A stretch of DNA of 32,000 bases from Xanthomonas campestris pv. campestris str. ATCC 33913 (GTDB lineage: Bacteria; Pseudomonadota; Gammaproteobacteria; Xanthomonadales; Xanthomonadaceae), in the NCBI RefSeq assembly GCF_000007145.1, contig NC_003902.1, forward strand, positions 607,436-639,435, given 5' to 3'. The notes below the pieces were generated by a model. That model ran no database searches. It worked only from the letters and a program-made list of their open reading frames with translations, and was not told where the DNA came from. The first letter of the stretch is position 1; each line of letters begins with the position of its first letter. The translations under genes and the position numbers were made by a program. Below are positions 1 through 9,110 of this stretch, piece by piece.

Positions 1-2
1 TG

Positions 3-395
3 GTGTCGCGCGCCGGCGAGGTCCCCCAACAACCACCAGATCGCCTGTCGAATGTCCTGGTGTGCATCGGCTTGGGATACGGCCTGCAGGCGAGCGTTCA
101 GTGGGCCGCGCAACTGGGCTGGGCCGCGGCATTGTGCTGCGTGGCCACCGCCTACGTGCGCATGCTCGGGCTGGCCTGTGGCACCGCCGAGCCGCGGCAG
201 GGGCCGATGAGTCGCGTGCAGCGCATGCACTGGTTGTCGTTGATGACCGTGCTGGCGCTGCCGCTGCAATGGATGGGCCAGCCGCGTGCGGCGGCGTGGG
301 TGTTGATTGGCGCACTGGCGGTGTTGATCGCCGGTGCGGTGCTGACGGTGGTGTTGCGGCTGCGCATGATCGTGCGCGCATTGGAGTGGACATGA
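3..395 (+). CDS. CDP-alcohol phosphatidyltransferase-family membrane protein, C-terminal part (5' end outside window)
   Basis: The frame is open to the left window edge and the sequence is hydrophobic and multi-helix. '..PPDRLSNVLV..' fits the distal D-x3-D part of the CDP-alcohol transferase motif. The stop overlaps the next start (ATGA 392-395). Neighbours are a PlsC-type acyltransferase and a CdsA-type enzyme. Confidence 0.5.
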   Translation: MSRAGEVPQQPPDRLSNVLVCIGLGYGLQASVQWAAQLGWAAALCCVATAYVRMLGLACGTAEPRQGPMSRVQRMHWLSLMTVLALPLQWMGQPRAAAWVLIGALAVLIAGAVLTVVLRLRMIVRALEWT

Positions 396-1024
396 TTGCC
401 CGTTTGATCGCGCGTGCCTGCAGTGGCGCCATCCGCACCCTCACCGGTGCCCGCGCGTTGTGGCGCGGCTGCGCGCCGTCCAACGAACGCCGCGTGTACT
501 ACGGCAACCACGCCAGCCACGGTGACTTCGTGCTGATCTGGTCCTCGCTGCCGGCCAGCCTGCGGCATGAAGTCCGCCCGGTGGCCGCGGCCGATTACTG
601 GCAACGCACCGCATTGCGCCGCTACCTGATCCACGCGGTGTTCAACGGCGTGCTGATCGAACGCGATGCGGCGCGCCGCACCCGCGACCCGGTCGAATGT
701 CTGTGCGATGCGGTGGACGCCGGCGATTCGCTGATCCTGTTTCCCGAGGGCACGCGCAATCCCGACGAGGGCGTGTTGCCGTTCAAGAGTGGGCTGTACC
801 ACCTGGCGCGGCAACGCCCGGAACTGGAGTTCGTGCCGGTGTGGATCGATAACCTCAAGCGCGTGATGCCCAAGGGCAAGTGGCTGCCGTTGCCGCTGTT
901 GTGCACCACCACTTTTGGTGCGCCATTGCGGCTGGAGGCCGACGAAGACAAGCAGGCGTTTCTGGCACGTGCGCGTGAGGCGCTGCTGGCGTTGTCGCCG
1001 GACCAGCTGGAGGCGCGCGCATGA
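392..1024 (+). CDS. Lysophospholipid / 1-acylglycerol-3-phosphate acyltransferase family protein (PlsC-like)
   Basis: ATG at 392 lies inside track ORF 62..1024. Acyltransferase motif I 'NHASHGD' (H-x4-D) and motif III 'FPEGTR' are present. The 62-391 extension overlaps the upstream gene and is rejected. Confidence 0.85.
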   Translation: MIARLIARACSGAIRTLTGARALWRGCAPSNERRVYYGNHASHGDFVLIWSSLPASLRHEVRPVAAADYWQRTALRRYLIHAVFNGVLIERDAARRTRDPVECLCDAVDAGDSLILFPEGTRNPDEGVLPFKSGLYHLARQRPELEFVPVWIDNLKRVMPKGKWLPLPLLCTTTFGAPLRLEADEDKQAFLARAREALLALSPDQLEARA

Positions 1025-1995
1025 ATCCGTATGCGTTCAGTGGGCAGTTGCAGCAGTCCTCGATGCACCAGCAGACGCTATGGTTGTTCAGCGGCATTGC
1101 GCTGGTGTTGGTGGTGGCCACGCTCATTTCCGAAACCTTGCGTTGGCGTGCGCGCGCGCAGCCCAGCGCAGTGCTCGATAATCTGGTGGCCCGCATCCGC
1201 GCCTGGTGGGTGATGGCCGGCGTGGTAGGCATTGCGTTCGTGTTCGGGCGCGCCGGGGTGATCGGGCTGTTTGCGCTGGTGTCGTTGTTCGCGCTGCGCG
1301 AGTTCATCACCCTCACGCCCACCCGGCGCGGCGACTACTACGCGCTGCTGGCGGCGTTCTACATCGTGTTGCCCTGGCAGTACGGGCTGGTGTGGACGGG
1401 TTGGTATGGCATGTACACGTTGCTGATCCCGGTCTATGCGTTTTTGGTGCTGCCGATCCTGGCCACCATCGGCGGCGACACCACGCGTTATCTTGAGCGC
1501 ACCGCCAAGGTGCAGTGGGGCTTGATGATCTGCGTGTTCTGCATCTCGCACGTGCCGGCACTGCTGAATCTGGAGATCCCCGGTTATGCCGGGCGGAATC
1601 TGCTGCTGATCGCCTTCCTGGTGATCGTGGTGCAGTCCTCGGACGTGTTGCAGTACGTGTGGGGCAAGCTGGCCGGCCGGCATCTGATTGCACCGAAGCT
1701 GTCGCCGTCCAAGACCGTGGAAGGCTTCATCGGTGGCGTGCTCTCAGCCAGCCTGCTCGGCATGGCGCTATGGTGGATCACCCCGTTCGCACCGTGGCAC
1801 GCGTTCGGGCTGGCGCTGGTGGCCAATCTGATGGGCTTCTTCGGCGGGCTGGTGATGTCGGCGATCAAGCGCGATCGCGGCATCAAGGATTGGGGCCACA
1901 TGATCGAAGGCCACGGCGGCGTGCTCGATCGACTGGATTCGGTGTGTTTCGCCGCGCCGGTGTTCTTCCACCTGATTCGCTACGGCTGGGCGTAA
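1021..1995 (+). CDS. Phosphatidate cytidylyltransferase family (CdsA-like) integral membrane protein
   Basis: Contains 'SKTVEGFIGGV' and the C-terminal signature 'SAIKRDRGIKDWGHMIEGHGGVLDRLDS'. Multiple hydrophobic helices. ATGA overlap with the upstream gene at 1021-1024. Confidence 0.85.
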   Translation: MNPYAFSGQLQQSSMHQQTLWLFSGIALVLVVATLISETLRWRARAQPSAVLDNLVARIRAWWVMAGVVGIAFVFGRAGVIGLFALVSLFALREFITLTPTRRGDYYALLAAFYIVLPWQYGLVWTGWYGMYTLLIPVYAFLVLPILATIGGDTTRYLERTAKVQWGLMICVFCISHVPALLNLEIPGYAGRNLLLIAFLVIVVQSSDVLQYVWGKLAGRHLIAPKLSPSKTVEGFIGGVLSASLLGMALWWITPFAPWHAFGLALVANLMGFFGGLVMSAIKRDRGIKDWGHMIEGHGGVLDRLDSVCFAAPVFFHLIRYGWA

Positions 1996-2562
1996 GAGCG
2001 GCTAACAAAACGTAGCGAGCAGTCGTCAGGTGGGTGCGGACGGCGCGGAGGAACCGGAGTGTACTTGGGTACATGCCGATTCCGAGCACCGGCCGTGCCC
2101 GCCTGGCGGCTGCGCAGTCGTTTTGATAGCTGCTCTAAGCGTGTAACCGAGTGCGACGCAAGGCTGGCAGCGGCGCCGGTCATCGGGCCGATGAAGGCAC
2201 GGCCCGGGCGGAGCTGCCGCCAGCGCCTGGATCGTCACGCGAATGGGCGAAACCATCGGGCAGGCCGTCCATCCGCTTCGCTGCCTGCGCAGTGCTGCGC
2301 GTTGCCGAACGTCAGTCGTCGCATCACGCCATCCCCGGCACGATGAGAAGTGCGAACGATGCACGTTCTGAAGACGACGAAGGATCACAGGCATCCAACA
2401 ACGCACTTCTCATTCACGAGTTTGCACGTCGCAGTGGCGCGTGGTCATGGTGTCGCGTTTTCAGTATGAGGCGAGGTCGTTGCCAGATTCGAGCGGCGCG
2501 CCGAACGGTTCTACTCTTGCAAGCTGCGTTGACGAACATAATCCGGAACCGATCGCATATTG

Positions 2563-2609
2563 AAAAAAAAAGCCGATATTCCGGGGCGTGGACTGCCCCG
2601 GATCTTCGG
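2563..2609 (-). terminator. Orphan intrinsic-terminator-like hairpin plus U-run (read on minus strand)
   Basis: The minus strand reads CCGAagatCCGGGGCagtccacGCCCCGGaataTCGGc followed by T9. The inner stem is 7 bp (2581-2587 / 2595-2601) and the outer stem is 4 bp (2573-2576 / 2606-2609). The A9 run at 2563-2571 on the plus strand supplies the T9. No credible minus-strand gene lies upstream of it. Confidence 0.3.
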
Positions 2610-3016
2610 TAATGCGCACCTGTCTTCTGCTGTGGCGACCGTTGCCGAGCACGGCTGTCCGACGATCTGGATTCGCCGATCCATTTACTCGACTTGTTCA
2701 ACGGCAACGACGCTTTCGGCGAGGCGTCCATTCGCTGTTTGTTGCAACGGCTGTCGCGCAGGAGCCAGCCTTGCCATCACCCCGGCTGCGTCTTGCAGTC
2801 ACGGCCATCCATGACCCTGCGATTCAAGCAAGACGCCGCAGCGCACGTGCGCCTCGGGGCGTTCGTCGATAACCCACCATCGCATGCCGGCACTGCCCTT
2901 GCCGACGGCAGGATCCGTCTCGCCATGACGGCGGGATGATCCGTGCCACCTCATCGGCCAGGACACGCCTGCCGGTTTTGCGCAGCTGCCTGGAACATCC
3001 AGATGAGATCAACCAT

Positions 3017-6000
3017 ATGAATCGCGAAAAAGTCTTGGCATTACGCACTTGCACGAACAACATGTCCGATCATTGCGGGCTGATCTGGCCACTGTCCGGC
3101 ATCGTCGAATGTCGGCATTGGCAACCCAGCATCAAACAGGAAAACGGCTTGACCGGCTTGTTGTGGGGACAGGGCACCAATGCGCATCTGAACATGCATG
3201 CCGACGCGCATTGGGTCGTCTGCATGGTGGACACCGCCGACATCATCTGGCTGGGCGAAGAGGGAATGATCAAGTTCCCCAGGGCGGAGGTGGTCTACGC
3301 CGGCAACCGTGCAGGCGCGATGAGCTGCATCGCCGCCGGCATCGAGCAACATTCGCCACCCAAGCCCGAGCCGCCTGCAGACAGTGTGATTGCTGCGGAG
3401 TTCACTCCCAAGGCGGCGCATGCGCAATTCACGGCGCCCATCGTTGAAAGCGGTGCGCATTCCACCGCGCCACTGCCATCGCCGCCTAATGGCATCGGCC
3501 CACAAGCCGCGCAGCCGTCAAATGCGATCCTGCGTACCCGCGAAATCGCCACCTATGGCAGCACGCTCACTGGCGCCGATCAGAGTCAGCTGATCGCAGG
3601 CTATGGAAGTACCGAGACCGCGGGGAACGGCAGCGAGTTGATCGCCGGCTACGGCAGCACCGGCGTGGCCGGATCCGACAGCACCATCGTTGCCGGCTAT
3701 GGCAGCTCTCAAACGGCCGGAGGCGGAAGCACGCTGACTGCCGGGTATGGCAGCACACAGACCGCCCGCAATGGCAGCGAGCTGACGGCCGGTTACGGCA
3801 GTACGGAAACCGCCGGTGCAGACAGCTCGCTGATCGCAGGCTACGGCAGCACGCAAACCTCCGGCGGCGACAGCTCGTTGACTGCCGGCTATGGCAGTAC
3901 CCAAACCGCGCAGAACGGCAGCGACCTCACCGCCGGCTACGGCAGCACCAGCACGGCGGGCACCGATAGCTCGCTGATCGCCGGCTACGGCAGCACCCAG
4001 ACCTCGGGCGGAGAGAGCTCGCTCACTGCCGGCTATGGCAGCACGCAGACGGCGCAGGACGGCAGCGACCTCACCGCCGGCTATGGCAGCACAGGCACCG
4101 CAGGTGCAGATAGCTCCCTGATTGCTGGTTATGGCAGTACGCAGACATCCGGCAACGACAGCTCGCTGACGGCGGGCTACGGCAGCACCCAAACCGCCCG
4201 TACCGGCAGCGACCTCACTGCGGGTTACGGCAGCACCTCCACCGCTGGTGCGGACAGCACGCTGATCGCCGGTTATGGCAGCACCCAGACTTCCGGCGGG
4301 GACAGTTCGCTCACCGCCGGCTACGGCAGCACCCAAACCGCGCGCAAGGGTAGCGACCTCACGACGGGGTACGGCAGCACCTCGACCGCCGGCGCGGACA
4401 GCACCTTGATCGCCGGCTACGGCAGCACGCAGACCTCGGGTAGCGAGAGTTCGCTCACGGCTGGCTATGGCAGTACGCAGACCGCACGCAAGGGCAGTGA
4501 CCTCACCGCCGGCTACGGCAGCACCTCGACCGCCGGTGCGGACAGCACCTTGATCGCCGGCTACGGCAGCACGCAGACCTCCGGTGGCGAGAGTTCGCTC
4601 ACCGCTGGCTATGGCAGTACGCAGACCGCACGCAAGGGCAGCGACCTAACCGCCGGTTACGGCAGTACCTCGACGGCTGGCGGTGACAGCACGCTGGTCG
4701 CGGGCTACGGCAGCACCCAGACCTCCGGCGGCGACAGTTCGCTGACCGCCGGCTACGGAAGCACGCAGACCGCACGTAGCGGCAGCGATCTGACCACCGG
4801 CTATGGCAGCACCTCGACGGCTGGTGGCGAGAGCACGCTGATTGCCGGTTATGGCAGCACGCAGACATCGGGCAATGCCAGTTCGCTCACTGCCGGCTAC
4901 GGCAGCACGCAGACAGCACGCAGCGGCAGCGATCTGACCACCGGCTATGGCAGCACCTCCACTGCTGGCGCCGACAGCACCTTGATTGCCGGTTACGGAA
5001 GTACCCAGACCTCCGGCGGGGAAAGTTCGCTCACTGCAGGCTATGGCAGCACGCAGACCGCGCGCAAAGGCAGCGACCTGACCACCGGCTACGGCAGCAC
5101 CTCCACCGCCGGTGCCGACAGCACCTTGATTGCCGGTTACGGCAGCACCCAGACCGCTGGTGGCGAGAGCTCGCTGACGGCGGGCTATGGCAGCACGCAG
5201 ACCGCGCGTAAGGGCAGTGACCTCACCGCCGGTTACGGCAGCACCTCCACCGCAGGTTCGGACAGTTCGCTGATCGCCGGCTATGGCAGCACGCAGACGG
5301 CCGGCTTCAAAAGCATCCTGACCACCGGCTACGGCAGCACCCAGACCGCGCAAGAGGGCAGCCTGCTCACGGCCGGCTATGGCAGTTCCTCAACGGCCGG
5401 TTCGGACAGTTCGCTGATCGCCGGCTATGGCAGCACGCAGACGGCCGGCTTCAAAAGCATCCTCACCGCAGGCTATGGCAGCACCCAGACCGCGCAAGAG
5501 CGCAGCACCCTCACCACCGGTTACGGCAGTACATCGACGGCAGGGCATGACAGTACGCTGATCGCCGGTTATGGCAGCACGCAGACGGCCGGCTACAAGA
5601 GCATTCTCACCACCGGCTATGGCAGCACCCAGACCGCGCAGGAAAGCAGTTCGCTGATCGCCGGCTACGGCAGTTCCTCCATGGCCGGCCCGGACAGCTC
5701 GCTGATCGCCGGTTATGGCAGTACCCAGACTGCCGGTTACGACAGCTTCCTGACGGCCGGTTACGGCAGTACCCAGACCGCGCAGAGCAGCAGCTGGCTA
5801 ATCACCGGCTACGGCAGTACGTCCACCGCCAGCTTCCAGAGTTCGTTGATTGCCGGCTATGGCAGCACGCAGACGGCCGGCTACGAAAGTACCTTGACCG
5901 CCGGCTACGGCAGCACCCAGACGGCGCAGGAAATCAGTTGGCTTACCACCGGCTATGGCAGCACGCAAACGGCCGGCCATGGAAGCATCCTGACCGCCGG

Positions 6001-7018
6001 TTACGGCAGCAATTCCACCGCAGGTTACGAAAGTACCCTGATCGCGGGCTACGGCAGCACCCAGACCGCAGGTTACGAAAGCACCCTGACCGCCGGTTAC
6101 GGCAGCACGCTGACTGCGCTGGAAAACAGTTCGCTTACCGCCGGCTACGGCAGTACCGAAATCGCCGGGTTCTCCAGCACGCTAATCGCCGGCTATGGCA
6201 GCAGCCAGACCGCCGGTGGCGACAGCACCCTGACGGCAGGCTACGGCAGCACGCTGATGGCTCTGGACAACAGCACTCTGACGGCAGGCTACGGCAGCAC
6301 CGAGACCGCAGGGCAGGACAGCTCGCTGATCGCAGGTTATGGCAGCAACTTGACCAGTGGCGTGCGCAGCTATCTGACGGCCGGCTATGGCAGCAACCAG
6401 ATTGCAAGCTACGGAAGCTCGTTGATCGCCGGGCACGAAAGCACCCAGATCGCCGGCCATCGCAGCATGCTGATTGCGGGCAAGCTGAGTTCGCAGACGG
6501 CCGGTTCGCGCAGCACGCTGATCGCCGGCAGGGGCAGCATCCAGACTGCAGGCGATCGCAGCAAGTTGATCGCCGGCGCCGACAGCACCCAGATCGCCGG
6601 CGATCGCAGCAAGTTGTTGGCCGGCAGTAACAGCTTCCTCACCGCAGGGGACCGCAGCAAACTCACCGCAGGTGACGATTGCACGCTGATGGCAGGCGAC
6701 CGCAGCAAGTTGACCGCCGGAAAGAACAGCATCCTGACCGCGGGCGCCAACAGCCGGTTGATCGGTAGCCTGGGCTCCACCCTCACCGGTGGCGAAGACT
6801 CGGTACTGATCTTCCGATGCTGGGACGGCAAGCGCTACACCAACATCATTGCCAAGACCGGAGAGGAGGGCGTGGAGGCCGACATCGCCTATCAGGTCGA
6901 CGACGACAAGAACGTGGTCGAAAAATTCGACGATCCGTTCGACACCATCGTGCTTCGGCATGATGGCGGGCCCGCTTCTGCGGCCGATCACGCGCTGGTG
7001 GAGCAGGCGCCCAATTGA
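3017..7018 (+). CDS. inaX: Ice nucleation protein (InaX/InaZ family), 1333 codons
   Basis: The N-terminus 'MNREKVLALRTCTNNMSDHCGLIWP..NGLTGLLWG' matches the conserved Ina N-domain as I remember it for InaZ/InaX. It is followed by 68 tandem 16-residue 'AGYGSTxTAxxxSxLT' repeats and the C-terminal cap 'IFRCWDGKRYTNIIAKTGEEGVEADIAYQVDD'. The start is placed at ATG 3017 where family similarity begins. The track ORF starts 27 codons earlier at 2936. Confidence 0.93.
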   Translation: MNREKVLALRTCTNNMSDHCGLIWPLSGIVECRHWQPSIKQENGLTGLLWGQGTNAHLNMHADAHWVVCMVDTADIIWLGEEGMIKFPRAEVVYAGNRAGAMSCIAAGIEQHSPPKPEPPADSVIAAEFTPKAAHAQFTAPIVESGAHSTAPLPSPPNGIGPQAAQPSNAILRTREIATYGSTLTGADQSQLIAGYGSTETAGNGSELIAGYGSTGVAGSDSTIVAGYGSSQTAGGGSTLTAGYGSTQTARNGSELTAGYGSTETAGADSSLIAGYGSTQTSGGDSSLTAGYGSTQTAQNGSDLTAGYGSTSTAGTDSSLIAGYGSTQTSGGESSLTAGYGSTQTAQDGSDLTAGYGSTGTAGADSSLIAGYGSTQTSGNDSSLTAGYGSTQTARTGSDLTAGYGSTSTAGADSTLIAGYGSTQTSGGDSSLTAGYGSTQTARKGSDLTTGYGSTSTAGADSTLIAGYGSTQTSGSESSLTAGYGSTQTARKGSDLTAGYGSTSTAGADSTLIAGYGSTQTSGGESSLTAGYGSTQTARKGSDLTAGYGSTSTAGGDSTLVAGYGSTQTSGGDSSLTAGYGSTQTARSGSDLTTGYGSTSTAGGESTLIAGYGSTQTSGNASSLTAGYGSTQTARSGSDLTTGYGSTSTAGADSTLIAGYGSTQTSGGESSLTAGYGSTQTARKGSDLTTGYGSTSTAGADSTLIAGYGSTQTAGGESSLTAGYGSTQTARKGSDLTAGYGSTSTAGSDSSLIAGYGSTQTAGFKSILTTGYGSTQTAQEGSLLTAGYGSSSTAGSDSSLIAGYGSTQTAGFKSILTAGYGSTQTAQERSTLTTGYGSTSTAGHDSTLIAGYGSTQTAGYKSILTTGYGSTQTAQESSSLIAGYGSSSMAGPDSSLIAGYGSTQTAGYDSFLTAGYGSTQTAQSSSWLITGYGSTSTASFQSSLIAGYGSTQTAGYESTLTAGYGSTQTAQEISWLTTGYGSTQTAGHGSILTAGYGSNSTAGYESTLIAGYGSTQTAGYESTLTAGYGSTLTALENSSLTAGYGSTEIAGFSSTLIAGYGSSQTAGGDSTLTAGYGSTLMALDNSTLTAGYGSTETAGQDSSLIAGYGSNLTSGVRSYLTAGYGSNQIASYGSSLIAGHESTQIAGHRSMLIAGKLSSQTAGSRSTLIAGRGSIQTAGDRSKLIAGADSTQIAGDRSKLLAGSNSFLTAGDRSKLTAGDDCTLMAGDRSKLTAGKNSILTAGANSRLIGSLGSTLTGGEDSVLIFRCWDGKRYTNIIAKTGEEGVEADIAYQVDDDKNVVEKFDDPFDTIVLRHDGGPASAADHALVEQAPN
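3545..6808 (+). repeat. Ina central repeat domain: 68 x 48-nt units with 144-nt (3-unit) higher-order periodicity
   Basis: Counted by hand from the translation. Units 1-36 are near-identical 48-residue triplets. Units 37-60 carry aromatic or His residues after the 'TAG'. Units 61-68 lose GYGS and become Arg/Lys-rich ('AGDRSKL'). Confidence 0.95.
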
Positions 7019-7072
7019 GCAGGAGCAGGAAAGAGCACCTCATCGATCCGCGCTTCGGATGATGGGCATCGG

Positions 7073-7098
7073 CCAGCTGCCACGCAGGCGGCAGCTGG
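7073..7098 (+). terminator. Hairpin downstream of ina (9-bp stem CCAGCTGCC/GGCAGCTGG, 8-nt loop), no U-tract
   Basis: A perfect inverted repeat is seen 55 nt after the ina stop. The absence of a T-run makes the terminator function uncertain. Confidence 0.25.
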
Positions 7099-7432
7099 AC
7101 CGCGTGTATGCAAGGCATGTCATGCAGCCAGGTCAGGCGACGGTTGGGACGCGCTCGTCGCTGCGGCGCCCTGGCGCGCGGCATGCGGTGAGCGGGCGCG
7201 TTGTGCAGCTAGGCGGCCGTGTAACGCGATTGACCGGCACATGCGAGCGCCTTGCAGTCGATGGCGTCATTGCCGGCAAGTGCAGCGCGTACGCTGGTCC
7301 AGCAATCCAGCAACTAACGCTTGGCGTGACCGCTGCGACGCGAAGTCTTCTGCTGTTCCGGGCCATCCGCGCACCGGCCCGCGCAACAGTAGGTATCGGG
7401 AGGAATGCTCTTGCGATTCCCGATTCCCAAAC

Positions 7433-7720
<288 letters not shown>

Positions 7721-7820
7721 TCACGAAGCCGGGACGCGTGGCCGGCGAGGGGGAGTGAGTCTAGCGCGTGACCTCACCGCTCGCCACGCCCATGTGGGGT
7801 GGCGCTCAGGTCGCGTCCGC

Positions 7821-9110
7821 TCAACGGAAATCAAAACTGAAGGCGGCCGTGCTCGCGGCCGGTTCGCGGACGCGAAACGCCACCTGCACCGCTTGGCCGG
7901 GCGCCAGCGTGTCCTGCGCGGCGGGCGCCTGGCCCAGATAATCCTGCGGGCTGCACACCCGCGTGCCGATTACCCGGCCGTCGGCATCGGACAGCGACAG
8001 CTGCAGCCACGGCCAGGCCTGTGCCCAGCGTGCATCGTTGCGGAAGCTGGCCTGGATCTGCAGCACGCCCGGGTAGGCGGGCAGCGGGCGCACGTCGCGC
8101 GTCAGCAGGGTCAGCGTGGCCGGGTCGCGCCACGGCGGCAGCGCGCAGCGCGCAACGGCACAGGCCGCACTCACCAGCGGCCGCCAGCGCGCGTCGCCGG
8201 CCAGGCGCGCGCGGTCGGCGATCACGATCTGCAGGCCCAGCAGCAGTACCAGGCCGACCAGCACCGCCCATTGCCAGCCGCTGGCGCGCAGCCGCGGCCG
8301 GACCAGGCCGCGGCGGGCGAAGGCGGGTTCCAGCGTAGGGGCCGGAGTTGGGGAGGAGGATGGCGACGCTGGTGTGGATGTGGATGTGGATGCCGATGCC
8401 GATGCCGATGCCGATGTGGACGTGGGGGCGGGCGTGGTTGCGGTGTCGTCCGGATCTGCTTCCAGCTCGGCCTCGGTCGATGCACCTGCCTCTGCTTCCG
8501 GGGCCGCCTGGGGAGCAGCGGGGGCAGGCTGGCCGTCTTGATTGGCCGGGGGGGACGCCTGCGGCGTTTGCGTGACTGTGGCGCCTGGCGCGCTCGCAGC
8601 GGACTGCGCTGCAATTGCAGGTTGGTCGGGGGCGTTGGTTGCGTGTGCTGCTGCGGCCGGAGCTAACGGAGCTGTAGACGTTGCTACAACTGCCGGAGCG
8701 ATCGCCGCCGCTGCAGTGGGCCGGTCGTCTGCACTGCGGCGCATGGCCGGGTCCGCAGTCTGTGCAGACGAATGCGCCGGCACCGGTGCGGGTGGCGTGG
8801 CAGGCAACGGCAGGGGCGACGCCGGCAGCGGCGCGTCTCGCCGTGTGGGTGCAATCAGGGTGTCAGGCGCACGTGCAGTGGCGTCTGGCGGAGCGGCCTC
8901 CGTGCTGCGTGGTGGCGCTGGCAACGGACGTACCGGCGCCGGAACGGGCGTGGCCAGCGGCGCTGCCACCGGCGCGGGCTCGGGGGCAGGCACTACGGTG
9001 TCGGCCGGCGCGGTCGAAGGCGCGGGCGGGGTCGGGACCAGCGGCGGGGCGGCCGGGGCCGCACGCAGGAACGTGGCAAGCGGGCGGCGCGGAGGCGGAG
9101 TCTCGGACAT
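7821..9110 (-). CDS. Pro/Ala-rich membrane protein with DUF3426-like C-terminal domain
   Basis: About 270 residues of low-complexity P/A/T sequence are followed by one TM helix ('WQWAVLVGLVLLLGLQIVIA') and a C-terminal beta-rich domain ending 'QVAFRVREPAASTAAFSFDFR', typical of DUF3426. It lies upstream of fis as in other Xanthomonadaceae (recollection). Start is either ATG 9110 or TTG 9143. Confidence 0.7.
   Translation of the reverse strand: MSETPPPRRPLATFLRAAPAAPPLVPTPPAPSTAPADTVVPAPEPAPVAAPLATPVPAPVRPLPAPPRSTEAAPPDATARAPDTLIAPTRRDAPLPASPLPLPATPPAPVPAHSSAQTADPAMRRSADDRPTAAAAIAPAVVATSTAPLAPAAAAHATNAPDQPAIAAQSAASAPGATVTQTPQASPPANQDGQPAPAAPQAAPEAEAGASTEAELEADPDDTATTPAPTSTSASASASASTSTSTPASPSSSPTPAPTLEPAFARRGLVRPRLRASGWQWAVLVGLVLLLGLQIVIADRARLAGDARWRPLVSAACAVARCALPPWRDPATLTLLTRDVRPLPAYPGVLQIQASFRNDARWAQAWPWLQLSLSDADGRVIGTRVCSPQDYLGQAPAAQDTLAPGQAVQVAFRVREPAASTAAFSFDFR
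8374..8421. repeat. In-frame hexanucleotide microsatellite (GTGGAT x3, GCCGAT x4, GTGGAC) inside the DUF3426 gene
   Basis: Read directly from the sequence. On the coding (minus) strand it encodes the 'STSASASASASTSTST' tract. Confidence 0.9.

Noticed and set aside
62-391. N-terminal 110-codon extension of the acyltransferase ORF (track 62..1024)
   Set aside because: It overlaps the upstream membrane-protein gene in another frame and is Arg/Gly/Ala-rich with no motif. The ATGA-coupled start at 392 fits the operon structure.
2936-3016. 27-codon N-terminal extension of the ina ORF (track start 2936)
   Set aside because: Family similarity begins exactly at 'MNREKVLALRTC' (ATG 3017). The extension 'MIRATSSARTRLPVLRSCLEHPDEINH' has no counterpart in the Ina N-termini I remember.
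3518-6991. Long antisense and alternate-frame ORFs inside ina (for example 3518..4336 -, 4646..5353 -, 5938..6630 +, 6182..6991 -, 6409..6831 -)
   Set aside because: They are periodic low-complexity translations of the same 48-nt repeat in other frames. No independent start signals or family resemblance. The sense frame has an unmistakable Ina signature.
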